NCBI GenBank assembly: GCA_964016885.1
Contig: OZ024741.1
Coordinates: 250,108,001 to 250,172,000 of the forward strand
From: Eledone cirrhosa
Lineage: Eukaryota
Length of the DNA stretch: 64,000 nt
Direction: 5' to 3'
A program made the translations under genes and the position numbers. The notes below the pieces were generated by a model that searched no databases, was not told the DNA's origin, and saw only the letters and a program-made list of their open reading frames with translations. Below, one piece after another: positions 51,996-64,000 of this stretch. Position 1 is the first letter of the stretch. The number at the start of each line of letters is the position of its first letter.

Positions 51996-54900
51996 AGATA
52001 ATATTTAAAAAAATCAGGCGGAGATAATTTGTAAAAAAAATCAGGGGGAGATAATTTGTAAAAAAATCAGGGGGAGATAATTTGTAAAAAAAAATCAGAG
52101 GGAGATAATTTGTAAAAAAAATCAGGGGGAGATAATTTGTAAAAAAAAATCAGGGGTAGATAATTTGTAAAAAAAATCAGGGGGAGATAATTTGTAAAAA
52201 AAAATCAGGGGGAGATAATTTGTAAAAAAATCAAGGGGAGATAATTTCCAGCCGTCCAAGGGGAGATAATTTTCAGCCGTCCAAGGAGAGGTAATTTCTA
52301 GCCGTCCAAGGGGAGATAATTTCCAGCCGTCCAAGGGGATATAATTTTTTTTAAAAAATCAGGCGGAGATAATTTGTAAACAAAAATCAGGGGGAGATAA
52401 TTTGTAAAAAAAAATCAGGGGGAGATAATTTGTAAAAAAAAATCAGGGGGAGATAATTTGTAAAAAAAATCAAGGGGAGATAATTTCCAGCCGTCCAAGG
52501 GGAGGTAATATCTAGCCATCCAAGGGGAGATAATTTCCAGCCGTCCAAGGGGAGATAATTTCCAGCCGTCCAAGGGGAGATAATATCCAGCCGTCCAAGG
52601 AGACATATTTTCCAGCCGTCCAAGGAGAGGTAATTTCTAGCCGTCCAAGGGGAGATAAGTTCCAGCCTCCAAGGGGAGAAAATTTCCAGCCAGCCAAGGG
52701 GTGATAATTTGTAAAAAAATCAGGGGGAGATAATTTATAAAAAAAAATTCAGGGGGAGATAATTTGTAAAAAAATCAGGGGGAGATAATTTGTAAAAAGA
52801 AAATCAGGGGGAGATAATTTGTAAAAAAAATCAGGGGGAGATAATTTGTAAAAAAAATCAGGGGTAGATAATTTCCAGCCGTCCAAGGGGAGATAATTTC
52901 CATCCTTCAAAGGGGAGATAATTTCCAGCCGTCCAAGGGGAGATAATTTCCCGCCAGCCAAGGAGAGATAATATTTAAAAAAATCAGGCGGAGATAATTT
53001 GTAAAAAAAATCAGGGGGAGATAATTTGTAAAAAAATCAGGGGGAGATAATTTGTAAAAAAAAATCAGTGGGAGATAATTTGTAAAAAAAATCAGGGGGA
53101 GATAATTTGTAAAAAAAAATCAGGGGTAGATAATTTGTAAAAAAAATCAGGGGGAGATAATTTGTAAAAAAAAATCAGGGGGAGATAATTTGTAAAAAAA
53201 TCAAGGGGAGATAATTTCCAGCCGTCCAAGGGGAGATAATTTCCAGCCGTCCAAGGGGAGATAATTTTCAGCCGTCCAAGGAGAGGTAATTTCTAGCCGT
53301 CCAAGGGGAGATAATTTCCAGCCGTCCAAGGGGAGATAATTTTTTTTTAAAAATCAGGCGGAGATAATTTGTAAACAAAAATCAGGGGGAGATAATTTGT
53401 AAAAAAAAATCAGGGGGAGATAATTTGTAAAAAAAATCAAGGGGAGATAATTTCCAGCCGTCCAAGGGGAGGTAATATCTAGCCATCCAAGGGGAGATAA
53501 TTTCCAGCCGTCCAAGGGGAGATAATTTCCAGCCGTCCAAGGGGAGATAATATCCAGCCGTCCAAGGAGACATATTTTCCAGCCGTCCAAGGAGAGGTAA
53601 TTTCTAGCCGTCCAAGGGGAGATAAGTTCCTGCCTCCAAGGGGAGATAATTTCCAGCCAGCCAAGGGGAGATAATTTGTAAAAAAATCAGGGGGAGATAA
53701 TTTGTAAAAAAAAAATCAGGGGGAGATAATTTGTAAAAAAATCAGGGGGAGATAATTTGTAAAAAAAAAATCAGGGGGAGATAATTTGTAAAAAAAATCA
53801 GGGGGAGATAATTTGTAAAAAAAATCAGGGGTAGATAATTTGTAAAAAAAATCAGGGGGAGATAATTTGTAAAAAAAATCAGGGGGAGATAATTTGTAAA
53901 AAAAACAGGGGTAGATAATTTTCAGCCCTCCAAGGGGAGATAATTTCCATCCTTCCAAGGGGAGATAATTTCCAGCCGTCCAAGGGGAGATAATTTCCCG
54001 CCAGCCAAGGAGAGATAACATTTAAAAAAATCAGGCGGAGATAATTTGTAAAAAAAATCAGGGGGGGATAATTTGTAAAAAAATCAGGGGGAGATAATTT
54101 GTAAAAAAAATCAGGGGTAGATAATTTCCAGCCGTCCAAGGGGAGATAATTTCCATCCTTCCAAGGGGAGATAATTTCCAGCCGTCCAAGGGGAGATAAT
54201 TTCCCGCCAGCCAAGGAGAGATAATATTTAAAAAAATCAGGCGGAGATAATTTGTAAAAAAAATCAGGGGGAGATAATTTGTAAAAAAATCAGGGGGAGA
54301 TAATTTGTAAAAAAAAATCAGAGGGAGATAATTTGTAAAAAAAATCAGGGGGAGATAATTTGTAAAAAAAAATCAGGGGTAGATAATTTGTAAAAAAAAT
54401 CAGGGGGAGATAATTTGTAAAAAAAAATCAGGGGGAGATAATTTGTAAAAAAATCAAGGGGAGATAATTTCCAGCCGTCCAAGGGGAGATAATTTTCAGC
54501 CGTCCAAGGAGAGGTAATTTCTAGCCGTCCAAGGGGAGATAATTTCCAGCCGTCCAAGGGGATATAATTTTTTTTAAAAAATCAGGCGGAGATAATTTGT
54601 AAACAAAAATCAGGGGGAGATAATTTGTAAAAAAAAATCAGGGGGAGATAATTTGTAAAAAAAAATCAGGGGGAGATAATTTGTAAAAAAAATCAAGGGG
54701 AGATAATTTCCAGCCGTCCAAGGGGAGGTAATATCTAGCCATCCAAGGGGAGATAATTTCCAGCCGTCCAAGGGGAGATAATTTCCAGCCGTCCAAGGGG
54801 AGATAATATCCAGCCGTCCAAGGAGACATATTTTCCAGCCGTCCAAGGAGAGGTAATTTCTAGCCGTCCAAGGGGAGATAAGTTCCAGCCTCCAAGGGGA

Positions 54901-55035
54901 GAAAATTTCCAGCCAGCCAAGGGGTGATAATTTGTAAAAAAATCAGGGGGAGATAATTTATAAAAAAAAATTCAGGGGGAGATAATTTGTAAAAAAATCA
55001 GGGGGAGATAATTTGTAAAAAGAAAATCAGGGGGA
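50590..55035 (+). repeat. 2,223-bp tandem duplication
   Basis: Constant +2223 offset (51131>53354, 51493>53716, 52387>54610). Shared markers include ccttcaaagg, aaaacaggggt, tcagaggg, ggagaaaatt and aaaagaaaat. Confidence 0.9.
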
Positions 55036-58000
55036 GATAATTTGTAAAAAAAATCAGGGTGAGATAATTTGTAGAAAAAATCAGGGGTAGATAATTTGTA
55101 AAAAAAATCAGGGGGAGATAATTTGTAAAAAAAATCAGGGGGAGATAATTTGTAAAAAAAATCAGGGGTAGATAATTTTCAGCCGTCCAAGGGGAGATAA
55201 TTTCCATCCTTCCAAGGGGAGATAATTTCCAGCCGTCCAAGGGGAGATAATTTCCCGCCAGCCAAGGAGAGATAACATTTTAAAAAATCAGGCGGAGATA
55301 ATTTGTAAAAAAAATTAGGGGGAGATAATTTGTAAAAAAATCAGGGGGAGATAATTTGTAAAAAAAATCAGGGGTAGATAATTTCCAGCCGTCCAAGGGG
55401 AGATAATTTCCATCCTTCCAAGGGGAGATAATTTCCAGCCGTCCAAGGGGAGATAATTTCCCGCCAGCCAAGGAGAGATAATATTTAAAAAAATCAGGCG
55501 GAGATAATTTGTAAAAAAAATCAGGGGGAGATAATTTGTAAAAAAATCAGGGGGAGATAATTTGTAAAAAAAAAATCAGGGGGAGATAATTTGTAAAAAA
55601 AATCAGGGGGAGATAATTTGTAAAAAAAATCAGGGGTAGATAATTTGTAAAAAAAAATCAGGGGGAGATAATTTGTAAAAAAAAAATCAGGGGGAGATAA
55701 TTTGTAAAAAAATCAAGGGGAGATAATTTCCAGCCGTCCAAGGGGAGATAATTTTCAGCCGTCCAAGGAGAGGTAATTTCTAGCCGTCCAAGGTGAGATA
55801 ATTTCCAGCCGTCCAAGGGGAGATAATTTTTTTTAAAAAATCAGGCGGAGATAATTTGTAAACAAAAATCAGGGGGAGATAATTTGTAAAAAAAAATCAG
55901 GGGGAGATAATTTGTAAAAAAAAATCAGGGGGAGATAATTTGTAAAAAAAATCAAGGGGAGATAATTTCCAGCCGTCCAAGGGGAGGTAATATCTAGCCA
56001 TCCAAGGGGAGATAATTTCCAGCCGTCCAAGGGGAGATAATTTCCAGCCGTCCAAGGGGAGATAATATCCAGCCGTCCAAGGAGACATATTTTCCAGCCG
56101 TCCAAGGAGAGGTAATTTCTAGCCGTCCAAGGGGAGATAAGTTCCTGCCTCCAAGGGGAGATAATTTCCAGCCAGCCAAGGGGAGATAATTTGTAAAAAA
56201 ATCAGGGGGAGATAATTTGTAAAAAAAAAATCAGGGGGAGATAATTTGTAAAAAAATCAGGGGGAGATAATTTGTAAAAAAAAAATCAGGGGGAGATAAT
56301 TTGTAAAAAAAATCAGGGGGAGATAATTTGTAAAAAAAATCAGGGGTAGATAATTTGTAAAAAAAATCAGGGGGAGATAATTTGTAAAAAAAATTAGGGG
56401 GAGATAATTTGTAAAAAAAATCAGGGGTAGATAATTTTCAGCCCTCCAAGGGGAGATAATTTCCATCCTTCCAAGGGGAGATAATTTCCAGCCGTCCAAG
56501 GGGAGATAATTTCCCGCCAGCCAAGGAGAGATAACATTTAAAAAAATCAGGCGGAGATAATTTGTAAAAAAAATCAGGGGGAGATAATTTGTAAAAAAAT
56601 CAGGGGGAGATAATTTGTAAAAAAAATCAGGGGTAGATAATTTCCAGCCGTCCAAGGGGAGATAATTTCCATCCTTCCAAGGGGAGATAATTTCCAGCCG
56701 TCCAAGGGGAGATAATTTCCCGCCAGCCAAGGAGAGATAATATTTAAAAAAATCAGGCGGAGATAATTTGTAAAAAAAATCAGGGGGAGATAATTTGTAA
56801 AAAAATCAGGGGGAGATAATTTGTAAAAAAAAATCAGTGGGAGATAATTTGTAAAAAAAATCAGGGGGAGATAATTTGTAAAAAAAAATCAGGGGTAGAT
56901 AATTTGTAAAAAAAATCAGGGGGAGATAATTTGTAAAAAAAAATCAGGGGGAGATAATTTGTAAAAAAATCAAGGGGAGATAATTTCCAGCCGTCCAAGG
57001 GGAGATAATTTTCAGCCGTCCAAGGAGAGGTAATTTCTAGCCGTCCAAGGGGAGATAATTTCCAGCCGTCCAAGGGGAGATAATTTTTTTTAAAAAATCA
57101 GGCGGAGATAATTTGTAAACAAAAATCAGGGGGAGATAATTTGTAAAAAAAAATCAGGGGGAGATAATTTGTAAAAAAAAATCAGGGGGAGATAATTTGT
57201 AAAAAAAATCAAGGGGAGATAATTTCCAGCCGTCCAAGGGGAGGTAATATCTAGCCATCCAAGGGGAGATAATTTCCAGCCGTCCAAGGGGAGATAATTT
57301 CCAGCCGTCCAAGGGGAGATAATATCCAGCCGTCCAAGGAGACATATTTTCCAGCCGTCCAAGGAGACGTAATTTCTAGCCGTCCAAGGGGAGATAAGTT
57401 CCAGCCTCCAAGGGGAGATAATTTCCAGCCAGCCAAGGGGAGATAATTTGTAAAAAAATTAGGGGGAGATAATTTGTAAAAAAAAATTAGGGGGAGATAA
57501 TTTGTAAAAAAAAATCAGGGGGAGATAATTTGTAAAAAAAAATCAGGGGGAGATAATTTGTAAAAAAAATCAAGGGGAGATAATTTCCAGCCGTCCAAGG
57601 GGAGATAATTTTCAGCCGTCCAAGGAGAGGTAAATTCTAGCCGTCCAAGGAGATATAATTTCCAGCCGTCCAAGGGGAGATAATTTCCAGCCGTCCAAGG
57701 GGAGATAATTTTAAAAAAAAAATCAGGCGGAGATAATTTGTAAACAAAAATCAGGGGGAGATAATTTTTAAAAAAAAATCAGGGGGAGATAATTTGTAAA
57801 AAAAAATCAGGGGGAGATAATTTGTAAAAAAAATCAAGGGGAGATAATTTCCAGCCGTCCAAGGGGAGGTAATATCTAGCCATCCAAGGGGAGATAATTT
57901 CCAGCCGTCCAAGGGGAGATAATTTCCAGCCGTCCAAGGGGAGATAATATCCAGCCGTCCAAGGAGACATATTTTCCAGCCGTCCAAGGAGAGGTAATTT

Positions 58001-60700
58001 CTAGCCGTCCAAGGGGAGATAAGTTCCAGCCTCCAAGGGGAGATAATTTCCAGCCAGCCAAGGGGAGATAATTTGTAAAAAAATCAGGGGGGAGATAATT
58101 TGTAAAAAAAATCAGGGGGAGATAATTTGAAAAAAAAATCAGGGGGAGATAATTTGTAAAAAATATCAAGGGGAGATAATTTCCAGCCCTCCAAGGGGCT
58201 ATAATTTCCAGCCGTGCAAGAGGAGATAATTTCCAGCCGTCCAAGGGGAGATAATTTCCATCCTTCCAAGGGGAGATAATTTCCAGCCGTCCAAGGGGAG
58301 ATAATTTCCCGCCAGCCAAGGGAAGATAATTTTTTAAAAAATCAGGCGGAGATTGTAAAAAAAATCAGGGGGAGATAATTTGTAAAAAAATCAGGGGGAG
58401 ATAATTTGTAAAAAAAAAATCAGGGGGAGATAATTTGTAAAATAAATCAGGGGGAGATAATTTGTAAAAAAAATCAGGGGGAGATAATTTGTAAAAAAAA
58501 TCAGGGGTAGATAATTTGTAAAAAAAATCAGGGGGAGATAATTTGTAAAAAAAATCAGGGGGAGATAATTTGTAAAAAAAATCAGGGGTAGATAATTTTC
58601 AGCCGTCCAAGGGGAGATAATTTCCATCCTTCCAAGGGGAGATAATTTCCAGCCGTCCAAGGGGAGATAATTTCCCGCCAGCCAAGGAGAGATAACATTT
58701 AAAAAAATCAGGCGGAGATAATTTGTAAAAAAATCAGGAGGAGATAATTTGTAAAAAAAATCAGGGGTAGATAATTTCCAGCCGTCCAAGGGGAGATAAT
58801 TTCCATCCTTCCAAGGGGAGATAATTTCCAGCCGTCCAAGGGGAGATAATTTCCCGCCAGCCAAGGAGAGATAATATTTAAAAAAATCAGGCGGAGATAA
58901 TTTGTAAAAAAAATCAGGGGGAGATAATTTGTAAAAAAATCAGGGGTAGATAATTTGTAAAAAAAAATCAGGGGGAGATAATTTGTAAAAAAAAATCAGG
59001 GAGAGATAATTTGTAAAAAAAAATCAGGGGTAGATAATTTGTAAAAAAAAATCAGGGGGAGATAATTTGTAAAAAAAAAATCAGGGGGAGATAATTTGTA
59101 AAAAAATCAAGGGGAGATAATTTCCAGCCGTCCAAGGGGAGATAATTTTCAGCCGTCCAAGGAGAGGTAATTTCTAGCCGTTCAAGGGGAGATAATTTCC
59201 AGCCGTCCAAGGGGAGATAATTTTTTTAAAAAAATCAGGCGGAGATAATTTGTAAACAAAAATCAGGGGGAGATAATTTGTAAAAAAAAATCAGGGGGAG
59301 ATAATTTGTAAAAAAAAATCAGGGGGAGATAATTTGTAAAAAAAATCAAGGGGAGATAATTTGTAAAAAAAAATCAGGGGTAGATAATTTGTAAAAAAAA
59401 ATCAGGGGGAGATAATTTGTAAAAAAAAAATCAGGGGGAGATAATTTGTAAAAAAATCAAGGGGAGATAATTTCCAGCCGTCCAAGGGGAGATAATTTTC
59501 AGCCGTCCAAGGAGAGGTAATTTCTAGCCGTCCAAGGGGAGATAATTTCCAGCCAGCCAAGGGGAGATAATTTGTAAAAAAATCAGGGGTAGATAATTTG
59601 CAAAAAAAAATCAGGGGGAGATAATTTGTAAAAAAAATCAGGGGGAGATAATTTGTAAAAAAAATCAGGGGTAGATAATTTCCAGCCGTCCAAGGGGAGA
59701 TAATTTCCATCCTTCCAAGGGGAGATAATTTCCAGCCGTCCAAGGGGAGATAATTTCCCGCCAGCCAAGGAGAGATAACATTTAAAAAAATCAGGCGGAG
59801 ATAATTTGTAAAAAAAATCAGGGGGAGATAATTTGTAAAAAAATCAGGGGGAGATAATTTGTAAAAAAAATCAGGGGTAGATAATTTCCAGCCGTCCAAG
59901 GGGAGATAATTTCCATCCTTCCAAGGGGAGATAATTTCCAGCCGTCCAAGGGGAGATAATTTCCAGCCGTCCAAGGGGAGATAATTTTTTTAAAAAAATC
60001 AGGCGGAGATAATTTGTAAACAAAAATCAGGGGGAGATAATTTGTAAAAAAAAATCAGGGGGAGATAATTTGTAAAATAAAAATCAGGGGGAGATAATTT
60101 GTAAAAAAATCAAGGGGAGATAATTTCCAGCCGTCCAAGGGGAGATAATTTTCAGCCGTCCAAGGAGGTAATTTCTAGCCGTCCAAGGGGAGATAATTTC
60201 CAGCCGTCCAAGGGGAGATAATTTTTTTAAAAAAATCAGGCGGAGATAATTTGTAAACAAAAATCAGGGGGAGATAATTTGTAAAAAAAAATCAGGGGGA
60301 GATAATTTGTAAAAAAAAATCAGGGGGAGATAATTTGTAAAAAAAATCAAGGGGAGATAATTTCCAGCCGTCCAAGGGGAGGTAATATCTAGCCATCCAA
60401 GGGGAGATAATTTCCAGCCGTCCAAGCGGAGATAATTTCCAGCCGTCCAAGGGGAGATAATATCCAGCCGTCCAAGGAGACATATTTTCCAGCCGTCTAA
60501 GGAGAGGTAATTTCTAGCCGTCCAAGGGGAGATAAGTTCCAGCCTCCAAGGGGAGATAATTTCCAGCCAGCCAAGGGGAGATAATTTGTAAAAAAATCAG
60601 GGGGAGATAATTTGTAAAAAAAAAATCAGGGGGAGATAATTTGTAAAAAAATCAGGGGGAGATAATTTGTAAAAAAAAAATCAGGGGGAGATAATTTGTA
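54500..60700 (+). repeat. Third, partial copy of the 10.2-kb unit (offset ~12,342 from copy 2)
   Basis: Offsets 42268>54610, 45742>58084, 47061>59402 and 47949>60292. Shares gttcaagg, aagcggag, gtctaagg and caggaggag markers. Confidence 0.85.
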
Positions 60701-63700
60701 AAAAAAATCAGGGGGAGATAATTTGTAGAAAAAATCAGGGGTAGATTTGCAAAAAAATCAGGGGGAGATAATTTGTAAAAAAAATCAGGGGGAGATAATT
60801 TGTAAAAAAAATCAGGGGTAGATAATTTTCAGCCGTCCAAGGGGAGATAATTTCCATCCTTCCAAGGGGAGATAATTTCCAGCCGTCCAAGGGGAGATAA
60901 TTTCCCGCCAGCCAAGGACAGATAACATTTAAAAAAATCAGGCGGAGATAATTTGTAAAAAAATCAGGGGGAGATAATTTGTAAAAAAATCAGGGGGAGA
61001 TAATTTGTAAAAAAAATCAGGGGTAGATAATTTCCAGCCGTCCAAGGGGAGATAATTTCCATCCTTCCAAGGGGAGATAATTCCCAGCCGTCCAAGGGGA
61101 GATAATTTCCCGCCAGCCAAGGAGAGATAATATTTAAAAAAATCAGGCGGAGATAATTTGTAAAGAAAATCAGGGGGAGATAATTTGTAAAAAAATCAGG
61201 GGGAGATAATTTGTAAAAAAAAATCAGGGGGAGATAATTTGTAAAAAAAATCAGGGGGAGATAATTTGTAAAAAAAATCAGGGGTAGATAATTTGTAAAA
61301 AAAAATCAGGGGGAGATAATTTGTAAAAAAAAAATCAGGGGGAGATAATTTGTAAAAAAATCAAGGGGAGATAATTTCCAGCCGTCCAAGGGGAGATAAT
61401 TTTCAGCCGTCCAAGGAGAGGTAATTTCTAGCCGTCCAAGGGGAGATAATTTCCAGCCGTCCAAGGGGAGATAATTTTTTTTTAAAAATCAGGCGGAGAT
61501 AATTTGTAAACAAAAATCAGGGGGAGATAATTTGTAAAAAAAAATCAGGGGGAGATAATTTGTAAAAAAAAATCAGGGGGAGATAATTTGTAAAAAAAAT
61601 CAAGGGGAGATAATTTCCAGACGTCCAAGGGGAGGTAATATCTAGCCATCCAAGGGGAGATAATTTCCAGCCGTCCAAGGGGAGATAATTTCCAGCCGTC
61701 CAAGGGGAGATAATATCCAGCCGTCCAAGGAGACATATTTTCCAGCCGTCCAAGGAGAGGTAATTTCTAGCCGTCCAAGGGGAGATAAGTTCCTGCCTCC
61801 AAGGGGAGATAATTTCCAGCCAGCCAAGGGGAGATAATTTGTAAAAAAATCAGGGGGAGATAATTTGTAAAAAAAAAATCAGGGGGAGATAATTTGTAAA
61901 AAAATCAGGGGGAGATAATTTGTAAAAAAAAAATCAGGGGGAGATAATTTGTAAAAAAAATCAGGGGTAGATAATTTGTAAAAAAAATCAGGGGGAGATA
62001 ATTTGTAAAAAAAAAATCAGGGGGAGATAATTTGTAAAAAAATCAAGGGGAGATAATTTCCAGCCGTCCAAGGGGAGATAATTTTCAGCCGTCCAAGGAG
62101 AGGTAATTTCTAGCCGTCCAAGGGGAGATAATTTCCAGCCGTCCAAGGGGAGATAATTTTTTTTTAAAAATCAGGCGGAGATAATTTGTAAACAAAAATC
62201 AGGGGGAGATAATTTGTAAAAAAAAATCAGGGGGAGATAATTTGTAAAAAAAAATCAGGGGGAGATAATTTGTAAAAAAAATCAAGGGGAGATAATTTCC
62301 AGCCGTCCAAGGGGAGGTAATATCTAGCCATCCAAGGGGAGATAATTTCCAGCCGTCCAAGGGGAGATAATTTCCAGCCGTCCAAGGGGAGATAATATCC
62401 AGCCGTCCAAGGAGACATATTTTCCAGCCGTCCAAGGAGAGGTAATTTCTATCCGTCCAAGGGGAGATAAGTTCCTGCCTCCAAGGGGAGATAATTTCCA
62501 GCCAGCCAAGGGGAGATAATTTGTAAAAAAATCAGGGGGAGATAATTTGTAAAAAAAAAATCAGGGGGAGATAATTTGTAAAAAAATCAGGGGGAGATAA
62601 TTTGTAAAAAAAATCAGGGGGAGATAATTTGTAAAAAAAATCAGGGGTAGATAATTTGTAAAAAAAATCAGGGGGAGATAATTTGTAAAAAAAATCAGGG
62701 GGAGATAATTTGTAAAAAAAACAGGGGTAGATAATTTTCAGCCCTCCAAGGGGAGATAATTTCCATCCTTCCAAGGTGAGATAATTTCCATCCGTCCAAG
62801 GGGAGATAATTTCCCGCCAGCCAAGGAGAGATAACATTTAAAAAAATCAGGCGGAGATAATTTGTAAAAAAAATCAGGGGGGGATAATTTGTAAAAAAAT
62901 CAGGGGGAGATAATTTGTAAAAAAAATCAGGGGGAGATAATTTGTAAAAAAAAATCAGGGGGAGATAATTTGTAAAAAAAATCAAGGGGAGATAATTTCC
63001 AGCCGTCCAAGGGGAGGTAATATCTAGCCATCCAAGGGGAGATAATTTCCAGCCGTCCAAGGGGAGATAATTTCCAGCCGTCCAAGGGGAGATAATATCC
63101 AGCCGTCCAAGGAGACATATTTTCCAGCCGTCCAAGGAGAGGTAATTTCTAGCCGTCCAAGGGGAGATAAGTTCCTGCCTCCAAGGGGAGATAATTTCCA
63201 GCCAGCCAAGGGGAGATAATTTGTAAAAAAATCAGGGGGAGATAATTTGTAAAAAAAAAATCAGGGGGAGATAATTTGTAAAAAAATCAGGGGGAGATAA
63301 TTTGTAAAAAAAAAATCAGGGGGAGATAATTTGTAAAAAAAATCAGGGGGAGATAATTTGTAAAAAAAATCAGGGGTAGATAATTTGTAAAAAAAATCAG
63401 GGGGAGATAATTTGTAAAAAAAATCAGGGGGAGATAATTTGTAAAAAAAACAGGGGTAGATAATTTTCAGCCCTCCAAGGGGAGATAATTTCCATCCTTC
63501 CAAGGGGAGATAATTTCCAGCCGTCCAAGGGGAGATAATTTCCCGCCAGCCAAGGAGAGATAACATTTAAAAAAATCAGGCGGAGATAATTTGTAAAAAA
63601 AATCAAGGGGGGATAATTTGTAAAAAAATCAGGGGGAGATAATTTGTAAAAAAAATCAGGGGTAGATAATTTCCAGCCGTCCAAGGGGAGATAATTTCCA

Positions 63701-64000
63701 TCCTTCCAAGGGGAGATAATTTCCAGCCGTCCAAGGGGAGATAATTTCCCGCCAGCCAAGGAGAGATAATATTTAAAAAAATCAGGCGGAGATAATTTGT
63801 AAAAAAAATCAGGGGGAGATAATTTGTAAAAAAATCAGGGGGAGATAATTTGTAAAAAAAAATCAGAGGGAGATAATTTGTAAAAAAAATCAGGGGGAGA
63901 TAATTTGTAAAAAAAAATCAGGGGTAGATAATTTGTAAAAAAAAATCAGGGGGAGATAATTTGTAAAAAAAAATCAGGGGGAGATAATTTGTAAAAAAAT

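Larger units (their letters stand above)
1..64000. repeat. Composite tandem satellite array (25-29 bp monomers sharing core GGGGAGATAATTT), head-to-tail, one orientation, running off both window ends
   Basis: Every line consists of tcagggggagataatttgt(A7-10) or ccaaggggagataatttccagccgt monomers or point variants of them. I saw no inversion, unique insert or non-repeat sequence. Confidence 0.99.

Noticed and set aside
132-63759. Numerous minus-strand ORFs (60-244 aa) with NYLPLIFFT, KLSPPDFF and GWKLSPLGRLEIISPW repeats
   Set aside because: They are translations of the satellite. Monomer lengths of 25-29 bp shift frame constantly, starts are mostly TTG or other alternatives within the repeat, and overlapping frames give the same peptides with no unique domain. 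The + strand lacks ORFs simply because monomers carry TAA in shifting frames.
1-64000. CRISPR-like repeat/spacer pattern
   Set aside because: The apparent spacers are only two recurring 12-16 bp linker types, not unique sequences. The core is only ~13 bp, and there is no leader or cas gene.
1-64000. Telomeric repeat (G-rich strand asymmetry; some yeasts have ~25-bp telomere units)
   Set aside because: Two monomer types, kb-scale HORs and inherited private SNPs over 64 kb indicate recombinational amplification, not telomerase templating. A subtelomeric location cannot be excluded.
1-64000. Shine-Dalgarno-like GGAG motifs, poly(A) retroposon tails or terminator-like T-runs
   Set aside because: These are integral parts of the monomer, with no downstream genes, target-site duplications or strong stem-loops.
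1-64000. Sequencing concatemer or wholly artefactual repeat
   Set aside because: Hierarchically shared private SNPs and reproducible homopolymer lengths indicate real evolutionary structure, although individual near-identical duplications still need read validation.
1-64000. Assignment to a named satellite family or organism
   Set aside because: I do not recognise the monomers with confidence. A database search is required.

Overview
The whole 64 kb window is one uninterrupted, single-orientation satellite DNA array. I see no credible genes, RNA genes, transposons or unique sequence. It consists of roughly 2,400 short monomers (64,000 / ~26.2 bp) sharing a near-invariant core GGGGAGATAATTT. 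Each core is followed by one of two linkers: an A-type (GT-A7-10-TCAG; monomer 26-29 bp) or a B-type (CCAGCCGTCCAA; monomer 25 bp). The monomers form a ~1,258-bp, 48-monomer higher-order repeat (A5-B9-A9-B4-A4-B4-A9-B4), with a 625-bp 24-mer variant and a diagnostic variant cassette. Above that are nested duplications with offsets of ~0.7, 2.2, 2.9, 3.2, 4.4, 10.2, 12.3, 15.8 and 25.7 kb, traceable by private SNPs. This architecture is typical of eukaryotic centromeric or heterochromatic satellite, but organism and function cannot be determined from the sequence. All ORFs in the track are minus-strand readings of the repeat. The most unusual signals are the two-state linker grammar, position-specific A-tract lengths, a T/A junction that slides while keeping total length 14, and a GATA motif in nearly every monomer at ~2.5-helical-turn spacing. 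Duplication boundaries were read by eye and are approximate.
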